Origin: Octopus bimaculoides
Lineage: Eukaryota
Direction of reading: 5' to 3'
Length of the DNA stretch: 64,000 nucleotides
NCBI RefSeq assembly: GCF_001194135.2
Contig: NC_068987.1
Location: 105,100,491-105,164,490, forward strand
The notes beneath the pieces are model-generated. The model did not search any database. It had not been told where the DNA came from and saw nothing but the letters and a program-made list of their open reading frames with translations. The stretch's first letter is position 1. Each line of letters begins with the position of its first letter. Positions 51,291 through 64,000 of this stretch are shown one piece after another. A program made the position numbers and the translations under genes.

Positions 51291-51422
51291 CTATCTACAA
51301 TATATTACAAATATTCACATGCTTTTACATATTTTAACATAGAGGATACATATGGTACCAATGGCCCAGAGCATCATTTTCACATAAAACAAGCAGTTAG
51401 ATAACAAAACATATCAACTTAC

Positions 51423-51558
51423 ACCACTGCTTGATGAATTCAAGAGATGAGATGAGACGACGCCGCTACCACCAACACTACCACCACCATCATCCTCTAG
51501 CCAGTCTAGAACATGTCTCTTTATTGTTGTTTTAGTCTCATGTACAAAACTAAACCAT
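51423..51558 (-). CDS. Candidate coding exon of an unidentified gene (WFSFVHETKTTIKRHVLDWLEDDGGGSVGGSGVVSSHLLNSSSSG)
   Basis: ttttaaacag acceptor and GGT|GTAAGT donor; 136 nt, open in phase 2 to 0, protein-like first half. No partner exons or homolog recognised. Confidence 0.4.
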
Positions 51559-51828
51559 CTGTTTAAAATGATTTTCACAATTTTGGCATTATTTACAACA
51601 GGGGTGGGGGAACCCTTGCAAGCCCATTTTATTGTGCCTGCAGGCTGATACATTCTATGTACAAAATATAGTAAATTTTTCAATCATAAAGTTTATACAA
51701 TACTCATATGCCTATTTGCGATATAGGTTGCATTTCCACAATGACATGAAACGATCAGACTCGAACAGAAATCGTCAGGTAATTGCCATTTGAATGGAAA
51801 CTTTTGTTTTCACTATAAAACACATATT

Positions 51829-51956
51829 CTTTTCTACTCTAGGCACAAGGCCCGAAATTTTAGGGGAGTGGGGGGGGGGATCGATTAGATCGACCCCATT
51901 AAGTACGCAACTAGTATTTAATTTATTGACCCCAAAAGGATGTAAGGTAAAGTCGA
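51829..51956 (-). mobile_element. 5'-truncated family-C SINE with TSD
   Basis: 16-bp TSD CTATAAAACACATATT at 51813-28 and 51957-72. Confidence 0.88.
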
Positions 51957-52814
51957 CTATAAAACACATATTGTTAGGTTTGTACCACCCCTTGAAACCC
52001 AACTACATTCTAGTTGAGAATATAAAAAATATATTGCATGTATCGAAATAAATTTTTATGAAACGAAAACTGACGGGTTGCAGAAGATACTGTATAAAAA
52101 TTATTCATATCCAAGAACCCCAAGTATTAAAAATTTTCCACCTTATTTCATTTTGCACGTTTTTATGAAAAAAAATCTCCAAAATTGACACTCACCCTCT
52201 TTCTGTCAATCGATAAGCAAAAAATGTTTTGAAATCTATTAAAAATCAAAAACAAATTGGTAAAACTTCATCAAAGCAGAAACTATTAATTTGGTGCTTT
52301 GTGCACAGGATTATAAAAAAAATATTATTTTTTCTCTAAAAAAAGCAGTGAAAAGTAACTTTTTTTTGAAAGGGGTGTCGCATCTTTGCTATCAGTCGGT
52401 GTCAAGAAGGTTAACAGGAGCTACTTTCAGCTGTCAGCAGCTCATCAGTTATCCTCTTTCCCTACCCACTCACTTACCAACACCTGTGTGGACAAGGTAG
52501 AGAGAGAAAAATCAAGTTAAACCTTACAGAACCAAACAACATCTTAATATTTTGCAGATTTTAAATTTTTACTGCCTTTTACAACATTGAACGCATGCAT
52601 TACGACTACGAGTCAGTTTTTCCCAGCCAGCAGTGATAACAAAACTTCCAAAAGTGATAATATAAATTTAACCTGTTTATCGAATTTTCTAAACCCTTAT
52701 CAATATGGCAAGTGGTTATGAAAATCCCCAAAAAAGAAATACTGGTGAAGTGCTTTGTTCAATGAAAAATGGACTGAGCTTTACTACTACTACTACTGCT
52801 ACTACTACTACTAA

Positions 52815-52860
52815 GACACCTGATGAAGGCTGGAGGGTATATCAGCCGAAACGTTGTGTT
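52815..52860 (+). ncRNA. Minimal Penelope-type hammerhead ribozyme (dimer-type stem III)
   Basis: GACAC / CUGAUGA(A) / GGCUG-GAGGGUAUAU-CAGCC / GAAAC-GUU / GUGUU. Stem III is the palindrome ACGU; the motif is preceded by a (TAC)n tract. Confidence 0.75.
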
Positions 52861-53071
52861 AACAATGAACAAGATGAGGACAAATATCCATCAAATGTAA
52901 ATAATGTAAACCCTGTATTTTCCTGAGATACCTTTAGTTAGTCATCAAGACTGGAGTCTTTCAAATATTGTAATAAAATTTTTTTATATATTTAGTATCA
53001 GATAAAGTTGTATAAAAAAAAGATTTTCGGTAATAAACTAAAAAAAAATTGGGCACTAATGGGTTAATATT

Positions 53072-53450
53072 ACCTCTGTCACAGGATTATGGGTTAACAT
53101 TGGTTAGATTTTGTATCCAACAAACTCTATTCAGAAACTGAGATGTGTTCTGTTACTTGTATGATTCGGGAGTACCAGCTCAGACTGTTCAGCCATGTTG
53201 CTCGATTTTCTGAGTTAGACCCTGCTTACCATGTTCCCCTCACGGAGGATCTGGCTTGGTTGGCAGCTCGTACTGGTCAACCACATGCCACATGGTCACA
53301 GCAAATGATGAGTTATCTCACAGAAATGGGGGACTGACTGGAGCACTGCTGGATGAGTCACCCAGGAGGAGCCAGGAATATACAAACAAATGGTGAATGC
53401 ATCCACCATGCATTGCAATGGCACATTCCCCCTCCACCAGACTCAGCATT
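53072..53450 (+). mobile_element. 3' fragment of a second RTE-like LINE family
   Basis: RIMG.HWLDFVSN, ETEM.SVTCMIRE.QLRLFSHVARFSE.DPA and RTGQPHATW (RxRGRPxxTW-like). Confidence 0.75.
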
Positions 53451-53959
53451 CCAAAATCAATAAAGTAACTATTGAAATAGACATAATAAGTTATACCCTA
53501 CCAAACAACACTCTATCACTGCCAAAATCAAATGACTAAAAGCAGTAAAACAATAAAAGAATCTTAAAATACTATTTTATTCTTTGCATGTGTATATGTG
53601 CATGTGTGTGCATGTGTGTGCATGTGATTTCCCTCCATCCAATCTTTATCATCATCCATATTGTTTAAATGGCAATCAATTGTAATCACCATATCCCATC
53701 TATTTATTGGAGTCTGGTGACTGTAATCACTCCTGCTCTTCAAGAATCATATGAACCGAATGAGTCATCAGAGATTTAAAGTGTCATAAAAGCTTTTTGA
53801 CATATAAGACAGATATTCTTTTAAATTGTTCTTTATCTTTTTAGTCAGTGACCTGACCCAGTAGTGTTTTCAGTTAATTTGTGAAAATAATGATATGTGT
53901 GAGAGTAAAGTTTAATCATTCTAATTTTAATGTCAAAAACACCATGACAAAATAAGTGT

Positions 53960-54150
53960 AAGGTGCCTCTGCATGGTATTCCGACTTGCTAGAAATAGCA
54001 GCCAAATTCCCTCAAACCACGCCCTACAGTCTTTGGGAAAAGAAAGGACACATTGCATAATGAAGTTCTAAATACACAAAACAGACAGACGGTCACAGCT
54101 GGAATGCATTTGATCAAAAGTCTGCTCAGTAAGGGGCAAAACAACAACAA
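53960..54150 (+). mobile_element. Family-H ~200-bp interspersed repeat with (CAA)n tail
   Basis: GCTAGAAATAGCAGCCAAAT..CCTCAAA.CAC.CCCTAC motif. Copies at ~30530-30720 (+), 34340-34460 (+), 48520-48630 (-), 61080-61500 (-, two in tandem) and 61990-62170 (+). Confidence 0.7.
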
Positions 54151-54789
54151 CAGAACTCATTATCTATGGTGATATTTGTAACATCAATTTTCTGAAAGTA
54201 TGCTAAAAGCATTTTGCTAAATGTTTTTAGATTTCACATGCAATGGTCTAGATTCACATCAGTTTTTATTAGAGAAGAAGAGGTGACAGCAATCAACAAT
54301 ATAAAAAGGTTAACAAATCTGTTAGTAATTATGCCATCTAAGATATTTAAAGAGTTCTTTAAGTAATTAGAGTTAACAAATCAAAGATAGATTAATTTTG
54401 ATGAACTAGGTGATACATTATTAGAATTACAAAACAGAAAATGGTGGGAGTGTTGAAATGAAATAAATATCTTGTTCGAATTTGCCATGAAAATGGGGAC
54501 AGCACTAAATGTATCATATTCCAAGAGAGGGAACGAAGTTGGCAGGGAAGACAGTTTTGAAATTACTATGATAAAATGTTTCTAACTTGGTGTCACATTT
54601 AGAAGGGGAAGATGACAGGATAGGAACAGCGAATGGATTTAAAAGGGAAAATTATAAGATAGGGCTACTAAATAAATATGAAGCTTTATATAGGTTACTA
54701 AATAAGTATGAAACACACTAAATGGGTTATGAAACAAGTGTGAATCACTAAATGGGTTATTATGGGCTATTTTATCAGCTACATAGGAA

Positions 54790-55170
54790 ATTAAGTTGCT
54801 TATTGCTGATGCTGTTTGGGCTTATACAGTAAGTTCAATTCCTGTCAGAATATCAAAATGAGTACATATAAAAAATAAAAAAAGCAGTGACGAGATGGTA
54901 TTGGAATTTTCAATGAACAAAAAATTAAAATTTAAAAAAATAAAAACAAGTAACCATTATACACAATTATTAGTAAAAGTACAGAACAATGAAAATTTTA
55001 GAAAATTACTATTTTGCATGATATACTAGGTGTATGGTACGAAACAACAAATGAGGGAGATGGAGGAAGGGATCCTAATAGGAAACAAGTTAGATTTGAT
55101 AGATACAGAATGGGAGCTTACATAACAGGAAAAAGCATGTCTAATAAGATTTTTGGTAAGTGTAGTAGAC
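54790..55170 (+). pseudogene. Possible heavily decayed processed pseudogene of a Rab-family small GTPase
   Basis: Collinear degenerate motifs across frames, no introns: IKLLIADAV (G1-like), IGIF..KIK (effector-like), TEQ*KF/RKIT (G3-like), HDILGVWYETTNE (GIxLVYDITNE-like), GILIGNKLDL (G4) and IRFLVSV (IRFxETSA-like). Stops, frameshifts and two deletions. Confidence 0.4.
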
Positions 55171-55620
55171 ATGACGGTGTGAATAAGAGGCTCATTTTGT
55201 AACCACATGGTTTTGGGTTCAGTCCCATTGCACAGCACCTTGGGCAACTATCGTCTACTATAGCCCCCAGGGAGACCAGTGTCTTGTGAGTGAATTTGGT
55301 AGATAGAAACTGTGCAGAAGCCCATCATGTGAGTGTGTGTGTGTGTGTGTTTCCTAGTTTACAGAATCCTAGTTTGTTGCCACCGCCACCACTCCTTGAC
55401 AACCAATGTTGGTTTGTTTACATCCCCCATAACTCAGTGGTTCAGCAAAAGGGACCAACAGGTTAAGTACCAGACTTAAAAATACATACAGGGTTTGATC
55501 TGTTTGAACACAGACCCCTGAAGGCAGTGCCCCAGTACAGCTGCATAGCAACAGGCAATGACGTTGCATGGCTTCAGCCATGGTGGCTGAAATGATTCAA
55601 ATTAACTAAAGACAAGACTA
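55170..55620 (+). mobile_element. Family-A SINE, old
   Basis: Diverged match. Confidence 0.7.
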
Positions 55621-55721
55621 TGACACATCAATTACTGCAGACGAGAATTGAGGAATATTGCCTCAAGAAAAGTATCAAATATTAATTTTAACTTTTCAGA
55701 AATAAGTTGATTGATTGACAT

Positions 55722-55753
<32 letters not shown>

Positions 55754-55974
55754 CAGAGAGAGAGAGAGAAACAGAGAGAGATAGAAACAGGGGGAGAGAG
55801 AAACAGGGAGAGAGAGAAACAGGGAGAGAGACAAACAAGGAGAGAGACAGACAGACACACACACACACACACACAGAAATAAGCACACATACAGATAGAT
55901 ACATACACATACACACATTTAAAAATGGTTTGTGGACAATTATTTACTTACCAAAATGTTTCAGAATAGTAAAG

Positions 55975-56360
55975 GCACAGGAATGGCTGTGTGATAAGAA
56001 GATTGCTTCTCAACCACACGATTCCGGGTTCAGACCCACTGCATGGCACTGTAGGCAAGTGTCAGGTCAACCAAAGCCTTGTGAGTGGATTTGGTAGATG
56101 GAAACTGAAAGAAGCCTGTCGTGTATATATATATGTGTGTGTGTGTGTGTGTATGCATTTGTTTGTCTGTGTTTGTCCCCCCACCATCACTTGACAACCA
56201 ATGTTGGTGTGTTTACGTGTCCGAAACCTAGCAGTTTGGCAAAAGAGACCGATAGAATAAGTACTAGGCTTACAAAGTCTTGGGGTCGATTTGTTCGACT
56301 AAAGGCAGTGCCCCAGCATGGCTGCAGTCAAATGACTGTAACAAATAAAAGAGCTAGAAA
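55975..56360 (+). mobile_element. Family-A SINE
   Basis: Near full-length match. Confidence 0.85.
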
Positions 56361-57004
56361 CTGATTCTCTATAGGTTTGTTCTAAATTTAGCAGCAGGAA
56401 TAATGGTATTTGTAAGGTTAAATGAAGTAAAAATAAAAAGAACAAAAAAAAAATGTCAAACCAGAAATTGTTTCATTGCATGAGAAAATATTGTCTGACA
56501 TCACTATAGTAATGGCACAAGGCCAGCAATTTCAGGGGAGGGGTTAAGTTGATTACATCGACTCATGTGCTTAACTCCTACTTATTTTATCAACCCTGAA
56601 AGAATGGAAGGCAAAGTGAACTTCAGAAGAACTTAAACTCTGAATGTAATGATGGGTGAAATGCCGCTAAGCATTTTTGTCCCAAGCGTGTTAATGATTC
56701 TGCCAGCTCACCACCATTTTTTTTTTTATACTAATATTAGCAGCGTCTTTCAGGCTCTTGTGTTTTGGATTGGTTTAATTTCTGTTGAACTTCAAACCCC
56801 TCTTGCTAGATATTTGTATTTCCCTATATTGGGGATTTAACACAGAACTTTATCTCTAGTATGGGATTTAACAATATTAATCGTTTTGCCATAGTCACAG
56901 AATGGATGACTTCGTTTCAGAAATATAATCAGTGTCTGTTCCTAAAATTGTTTTATATCACTTTTTACTTTAATATTACCATCATGGTCCTCATCATTAT
57001 TATT

Positions 57005-57390
57005 ATTACCTCCACCTTAGCAAAGGCAGAGGTATTGTTTTCAGTTGAGCTTGTTTGTTTGTTTGTCTGTGGACAAGATATCCCAAGAACCACCGGATGG
57101 ATTCATGGATTCGGATGAAACCTTCAGGGATGTTTGGCCTCATGACTGGCATGAACTGATTAGATTTTGGGATCAATCTGGTACCAGACAGGGATTCTGG
57201 ATTATTTTCCGGGTTTTTTTTTTTTTACTTAATATTTGAAAGCAGTTGGGCTCATTTTTAGTATTCTCATTTGTGAGAGCAGTCGAATTTATTTCAGATA
57301 TTCTCATTTTAAGAATCCTCTCTGACTAATCATTGAGAGGACGTTGGTGTTGCCTTGGCGAAGGTTTACACTCGCTGAGTGCTCTTGTTA
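57005..57390 (+). mobile_element. Helentron-associated non-autonomous element (HINE/DINE-1-like)
   Basis: 5' TTATTACCTCCACCTTAGCAAAGGCAGAGG fold-back, (TTTG)n block, and 3' CCTTGGCGAAGG..CACTCGCTGAGTGCTCTTGTT (subterminal inverted repeat plus terminal hairpin) in T-rich flanks. Confidence 0.6.
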
Positions 57391-60300
57391 TAATTATTTT
57401 ACATTACTTAGTTACCTTATTGACCTGTCTCATATGTTTGCAACATGTGCACCCCCACTAAAAGCATCCATGGGCAATGTTGTGCCAATGGATCAAGACT
57501 AATACTCAGAAACAAGAATAGCCTGTCCATGAGATTGAACCTAAATTCAACATGTTGTGAAGTGAACCTCTACACTACACAATCACACCAGCACTCGTCT
57601 ACACAATGAGAAATTAATTAAGCTTTATTCGAAACAAACAATCTTTTCAGCACAGAGTTTCAGCTAATTCCCTTTTGATTAAAATTTAAAAAAAAAAAGA
57701 TTTTATAGAAACATAAACTATAATGTAAAGAAAATTATACAAATTTAATTTATTTCAAACCTAAAAAATTAACTTCAGTTTTATTATGGCTCATGAATCA
57801 TCTATTCATAAATGATATTATTCTATTCAATACTTTTTGAAGAAAAAATCTGTTAATGTTCATTTCACCCTAACACAATACTATTAACTTCTATGAATAA
57901 ATCTTTATAGTTCTAATTTATTCATTAGCCTCAGCTGTGTACAGACAAGAAAAACCATTTATTTGATTAGCATGTCTTTCATGGATAACTTACTAATTAC
58001 TATGAGCTATTTCTTCTTTTGAACCTTACTTTAATTATAGCTTAGTGAACTCCGTTTCACAAGCTCAATCTCATTTGTAACTGTTAGGTTACACTTAATC
58101 TTTTCCTCAGTATTTTATTGTGGTCTGCTAAGTATCCAAAACACTTTAATTTCATTATCTCTTCTCTATGGCTACTTAATTCTTTTGAGGATTATGCTGA
58201 TAAAGGTGCAATTAACATGGGATTTCACTGTTAATTGATTGCTTGGTTATAATCCATTTATTGAGAAACAGTTTACTTAAGCTTAAGAGAATATTTATTG
58301 AAGATTGCAAGTATCCACATGGTCGTGGCATAAAATAATGGGATGGATTCAATTATACAACTAACTAATATGCATGCACCCATGTCTAGAATCCAAACAT
58401 GAATTTTATGTATGAAGAAATGTAACACACACATATAAATATTATATATATATTATAAATATTTTTTATATTAGTTGATTAGATAGGCAAAGTAAGAAAA
58501 TTAACTAAGCTTAAAAATGTAAAAGTACCTTATACTTAATTCACACAAGGTGAAAGTTTCCTAAAAGGTTCTCACATCTAAAATATTGGAAAAACATACA
58601 CAGACATTGACAAATAATTAGGTTCATTTCAGAGTCATGATGTCACAATTGAATTCCACTGAGCAGCTCTTTCAAGAATTCTTTACCAGTTTTAGGCTGA
58701 CCCAAACCAGGAGGATGTAAGTGTGTAGGTTGACAGTAGTTGTAAGTCTGAGTATGACCATAAACTGCATCCAGTAACAAGGCCCTAGATCAGAAGTTCC
58801 AGGGTCTTAAGGAGTATGTGATCACCTCTTAGCCACTATTGTTCCCAGGTCTACACTGACCCTGAATAGATCTGGGTGCCAGCTAAGGGTTAATTAACAT
58901 ATTAGAGCTTGCCCACCTTTGCATGTAAAGATTGGATCAAGCAGACTCTGAGGAAGAAACTTTAATGGTTCAACAGAGAGGAAGGCATCTGCAACAACAC
59001 ACTGTGGAGTGTAAAGAGCAAGATGAGGCAAGTAAGACAGTCTGATCATCAACTGCATCTATTTCTAGCCCCAGATATCTTGACCTGGTCCTGCCAATGG
59101 ATTGAAGATGGTCACAGATGTGAGAGTAAGGCTGAAGGTGCACAACTCTTTTTCCCTTTGGAAGACGTCACTGTACAAAGTCATCAATCATCCTTAAAGA
59201 AGATCAGATGATCTTGTCGCTCCAATGGATGATCAAAAAAAAAAGTACTTGTAAGTTTTCAGACCAGCCTTGTGAAAAACTCAATTATGCTAATTTTTCT
59301 TAAGAATTATGTTAATGAACAATACTCAACCACTTAAATTCACTGAGTAGGTAACTCAGTTGGTCAAAGAAATGGAACAATCAACATCGAAACCAACAAA
59401 GGAAGCATTTCATTTTCAATTTATGTTAGTAGTTTAGCAAACTGGCAGAATAGTCGATGCACTGGTCAAAATGCTTAGTGGTATTTCTTCCAGGTCCAGC
59501 TCTTTACGTTCTGAGTTCAAATCTCACCACAGTCAACTTTGCCTTTCATCCTTTTAGGGTTGATAATATCAGTACCAGTTGTGAACTTGGGTCAACGTAA
59601 TCAACTAACCTTCGACGATCCCTTAAAATAGCTGACTTTGTGCCAAAATTTGAAGCATTTTTTTATTACTAGAGCAGCATACACCCGATTAAAAAGAGTC
59701 TACAGAGTTGTTAAGATGATTGTCAAATTCATTGAGTTAATAGTGAGGTGGGTGAGAGAGAACTGACTTCATTATATGTCATTAACAGTGAATCATGATA
59801 ACACAAAAAAATCAAAGGGACAAAATCATTTTAAATATACGAATATACAAAAAGTAACAGTCAACTAACAAGTCTTTATTGGTTTAATTTCTATATTAGT
59901 GAACAGTTCATAAATTTTAATGTGTTCAGGGCTGTAAGCAAAGTCAACTTCAGCGGCATTTGAACTAAGAAATGCCACTAAGAATTTTTGCCAATGTAGT
60001 AACAATTTTGCCAGCTCAATACCTGTACTGCTATTTTTTTTTTTTTTCTGATTTACTGAAACAAATAGTATGTTTCATTAGAAATATGATCCTGAAAGAG
60101 TTAGCCTTTTCAGTACCCCACTTATCAATTGACCACATGTTTTAATTACTTTTGAGAATAATCAAGAATTTTTAGTCACTAAAGTAAAATAACTAACATT
60201 CATTATGAGGGCAGTTTTTTTTTCAACCCAACAAAAATCTTCTTCTATAAAATCATAGCGAAAAGCTTAAAATTATACTTCAAGACTTTAACATTAAATC

Positions 60301-60671
60301 AGAGAACCAGATGCATAGACAGACAGTCTTCATCTTCCTTCATGGTTTCATAACATCATGCTCCAGATGATGCTGTTTAGTTAAAACTAGTCACAGAATC
60401 TTCACTGTTTTAAATAACAGCTATTAATGTTCTCTTAGAATTTCTGATTCAATATGACGCACAAAAACATAGAACAATATAATCACAAATAATGTTGTCA
60501 ACCAGTTGTTGTTATCAAAAGTTGTGGGCCCCAAACTTTTTATTTGTTTAGTGTTATCAAAAAGGTTTTATCCCAAAGTGATCACAATAAGCAACTTCCT
60601 CTGTATTTTGAAATTGATATTTATTTTCTCTTGGCAAGTATTTTAATTTTCATCTGATCTATGTTATGTCA

Positions 60672-61067
60672 TGTGGAGGCGCAATGGCCCAGTGGTTAGG
60701 GCAGCGGACTCGCGGTCATAGGATCGCAGTTTCGATTCCCAGACCGGGCATTGTGAGTGTTTATTTAGCCAAAACACCTAAAGCTCCACGAGGCTCCGGC
60801 AGGGGATTGTGGCGAACCCTGCTGTACTCTTCCACCACAACTTTCTCTCACTCTTACTTTCTGTTTCTGTTGTGCCTGTAAATCAAAGGGTCAGCCTTGT
60901 CACACTGTGTCACGCTGAATATCCCCGAGAACTACGTTAAGGGTACACATGTCTGTGGAGTGCTCAGCCACTTGCACGTTAATTTCACGAGCAGGCTGTT
61001 CCGTTGATCGGATCAACTGGAACCCTCGACGTCATAAGCGACGGAGTGCCAACAACAACAACAAAAA
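60672..61067 (+). mobile_element. Family-D tRNA-derived SINE with (CAA)n tail
   Basis: A box TGGCCCAGTGG, B box GTTTCGATTCC, CpG-rich; perfect 11-bp TSD ATGTTATGTCA (60661-71 and 61068-78). Confidence 0.92.
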
Positions 61068-63397
61068 ATGTTATGTCAGTATGTAATCAAAGGTCAGCCC
61101 TGACTCAGCTGAGACCTGATAAAGGCTTTCCAGCCATAACCATCCCATCATATTTTCACAGACGTTGTCCACTCCAGACTACATTATTCAAGGTGCACTA
61201 CTGTTTTTAAGACACTAGGGTGCGATAGGATTGTGACTTTCCTATTTTGAGCAGGCCAAGTGGCAACACAGAAGCTGAGTCACTGGCTCATGACGTCTAT
61301 ATTCTTGTTGTTTAGACTGAGTTCAGCTTTGACTGAATAGATCTACAATCAGAGTCACTCCTTCTGTGACCATCGCATCAGTTTTGATGTACCTATAACA
61401 ACACGATACAATGTGTCTTTCCTTATCTGAGTCAGCAGGGTGTGATTTGAAGGTTATTTGACTGCTATTTTTAGCAGGTCACAGAACCATGTAAAGGTAA
61501 AAACAAAACAGAAAGGAACAGTGTTTTTTAATGCTATAGTGGGTTGGATCATTCCAAATAAGTGCTTAGACTGATAAAACATATTTTACAGCTCAACAGA
61601 CTTATAAATACACAGCATAAAACTAGTTATTGGACCTGTCTATTGAACAGACAAATACCAATGTATAACACACCTTAGTAGCATACAGTGCACTACTATT
61701 GTTGAGAATGAGAAGTAAGAGAAATGACTAAAATTAGCTGCCATAATAAAAAGGGATTAAATTGAAATTTATTTCATATATTATCACTAGTAATCAGAAA
61801 CTATGGAAACTGTGCTGTACACCTAAAGTGACTCACAGATATAACGTCTGATTTATATGCATACATTTTGTACATATATACATACACGCACACATATTCG
61901 TGTATGTGTGTATTGTGGGTGCACATACCTATAAACACATGTGCATATTTATTTATAAACACATATCAAATCAATGAAGAAGCCTATGGAAGTGCTTGAC
62001 CTCCCTGAAATGCCAGCCAATTCTTTTTAAATCACCCGCAAACAACTTAAAGAAAGAATATCTTCGTTAGCATAATTTTACATATCCCTAAAATAACCAT
62101 GATAGTCACACCTGGAACTGACCATAGGTCTTCTCTATCACCATTATCCAGGAGTTAACAAACAACATATACACACTATATATATGTACATACAAATATA
62201 CATATGTATGTATGTACACACACACACAAGGTGTGACTATGAAGTTTGCTTCTCAACCTTATGGTTCCAGGTTCAGTCCCACTGCATTTCCTGTGGCACA
62301 TTGAACAAGCTATGGATTAACTAAAGTTAGACATGGCCTGGACCAATCTTTGGTTGAAACATATCTAAGTTTTATCTATGTTTTATATATTAGAAGCATG
62401 CTATCGGTAATTACTCAGGATAGGCAATAGACAACCTTTATGTAGTAAAACACAAAAAAAAATAAGAGAAACACAGGCACACAACTGAGTTGAAGGCAGG
62501 TCTACTTCTGCTTTTATAGCACATAAAGAAAACGGTGTTGTAGAAATGTACGCAGTAGGTGTACTACAGCAGTACTATGTGTAGCTTAAATACTGAGATT
62601 GAAAAGCAGGGCAAATTATACCTACCTAATCCACAAAAAATAAAACATTTCGCATTTTATGCACAGTAATCAGACTAACCTTCATAATTTTATTGAATTA
62701 GGGGCATATTTTGCCATGAGAGGAAAATGTTGCTATCGATCAATTTTATTCAACATAGGCACTGCCTACCTTGCCTACCTAGGCGGCATGTCCCTGATAT
62801 ATATATATATATATAGATATACAGGGCAGGGAATCGTCAATTAGTAATAAAATTAATAATTAACAATTTTGCCGGGTAGCTCAGTATGAAAAAACCTTAT
62901 CGGTAAAACCATTTATAATCATAAATATATAGGGATTAGCAGTATCCTGCTTCTCCAACATACTGAGAATTCAGAAATAGCAGCCAAAGAACTACTGATT
63001 CCAAAATTACAAATTTTTCTCTAATTGATAGCGATANNNNNNNNNNNNNNNNNNNNNNNNNNNNNNNNNNNNNNNNNNNNNNNNNNNNNNNNNNNNNNNN
63101 NNNNNNNNNNNNNNNNNNNNNNNNNNNNNNNNNNNNNNNNNNNNNNNNNNNNNNNNNNNNNNNNNNNNNNNNNNNNNNNNNNNNNNNNNNNNNNNNNNNN
63201 NNNNNNNNNNNNNNNNNNNNNNNNNNNNNNNNNNNNNNNNNNNNNNNNNNNNNNNNNNNNNNNNNNNNNNNNNNNNNNNNNNNNNNNNNNNNNNNNNNNN
63301 NNNNNNNNNNNNNNNNNNNNNNNNNNNNNNNNNNNNNNNNNNNNNNNNNNNNNNNNNNNNNNNNNNNNNNNNNNNNNNNNNNNNNNNNNNNNNNNNN

Positions 63398-63437
<40 letters not shown>

Positions 63438-63439
63438 CT

Positions 63440-63905
63440 GAAGTATATTGTACTTTTAATATGTCTATAAAGAATTTGTTCACAGATGAAAAACTGCAGC
63501 TTCTGGCTTTTCAAAAACACCTGTTAAGTAAATTATATAGTATAAGATTTCACTCTAAAGCTACTTCCAGTACATAATACAAATTTTATTCTGTTTATGC
63601 ACCATAGTTTATACACCAACTCTATATACTTCAGACTAGATGATTCAATGTTGTTTCAGAAGTGACAAGAGTACATGACATTGACAAGCTGCAGCAACAG
63701 TGAAATACATAGCTGTTGCTCTCTCAGTTACTTCTCGGGTGATTTCATTTTGCCTAGCACTGAACTATACTTTTTTTTAATACAATGTATTTACAAAGGG
63801 ATTTTCTGAGGGGAAAAATCACAGCTTCCGGCTTTCCAACAACACAAAAGCAGTAAGTATGCTATACAGAATAAGATTTTTCTCTAGAGTTACTTCTAAT
63901 GCATA
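63440..63905. repeat. Diverged ~130-bp direct repeat (~63440-63580 and ~63765-63905)
   Basis: Shared CAGCTTC.GGCTTT.CAA.AACAC...TAAGATTT..CTCTA.AG.TACTTC. Confidence 0.65.
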
Positions 63906-63931
63906 ATTCGAATATGTATAATTAGGGAGAG

Positions 63932-64000
<69 letters not shown>

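Noticed and set aside
55029-55155. Plus-strand exon-like segment with TTG|GTAAGT donor
   Set aside because: No supporting neighbouring exons; the GTPase motifs fall in different frames with a stop, which is better explained as a pseudogene or chance.
58700-59240. GC-richer block that looks TE-derived
   Set aside because: No motif could be assigned in any frame; left unannotated.

Overview
AT-rich, repeat-saturated eukaryotic draft scaffold with N gaps flanked by microsatellites. The repeat content looks like an octopus genome (inference, no search run). One gene is clear: the 5' end of coronin-7 (CORO7/pod1) on the minus strand. It has three coding exons (24797-24735, 11292-11193, 4814-4734) that splice in frame, and the gene runs off the window start. 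There is also one orphan candidate minus-strand exon (51558-51423) and a possible decayed processed Rab pseudogene (about 54.8-55.2 kb). Most of the rest is transposon-derived: at least five SINE-like families with swapped heads and tails, RTE-clade LINE fragments whose 3' UTR carries a hairpin minisatellite, a HERO-like RLE LINE fragment, Penelope-like RT fragments, a full-length decayed DD37D (maT) Tc1/mariner element, a Buster-type hAT remnant, hAT and piggyBac-like MITEs and a Helentron-like HINE. The most unusual object is a ~290-nt rod-like fold-back (37529-37820) whose apex is an extended type I hammerhead ribozyme. It sits in an insert bounded by ~126-bp direct repeats and a 33-bp palindrome. 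A second, minimal dimer-type hammerhead is at 52815-52860. Coordinates of degraded repeats are approximate (about +/-20 bp). Family labels A-H are my own working labels.
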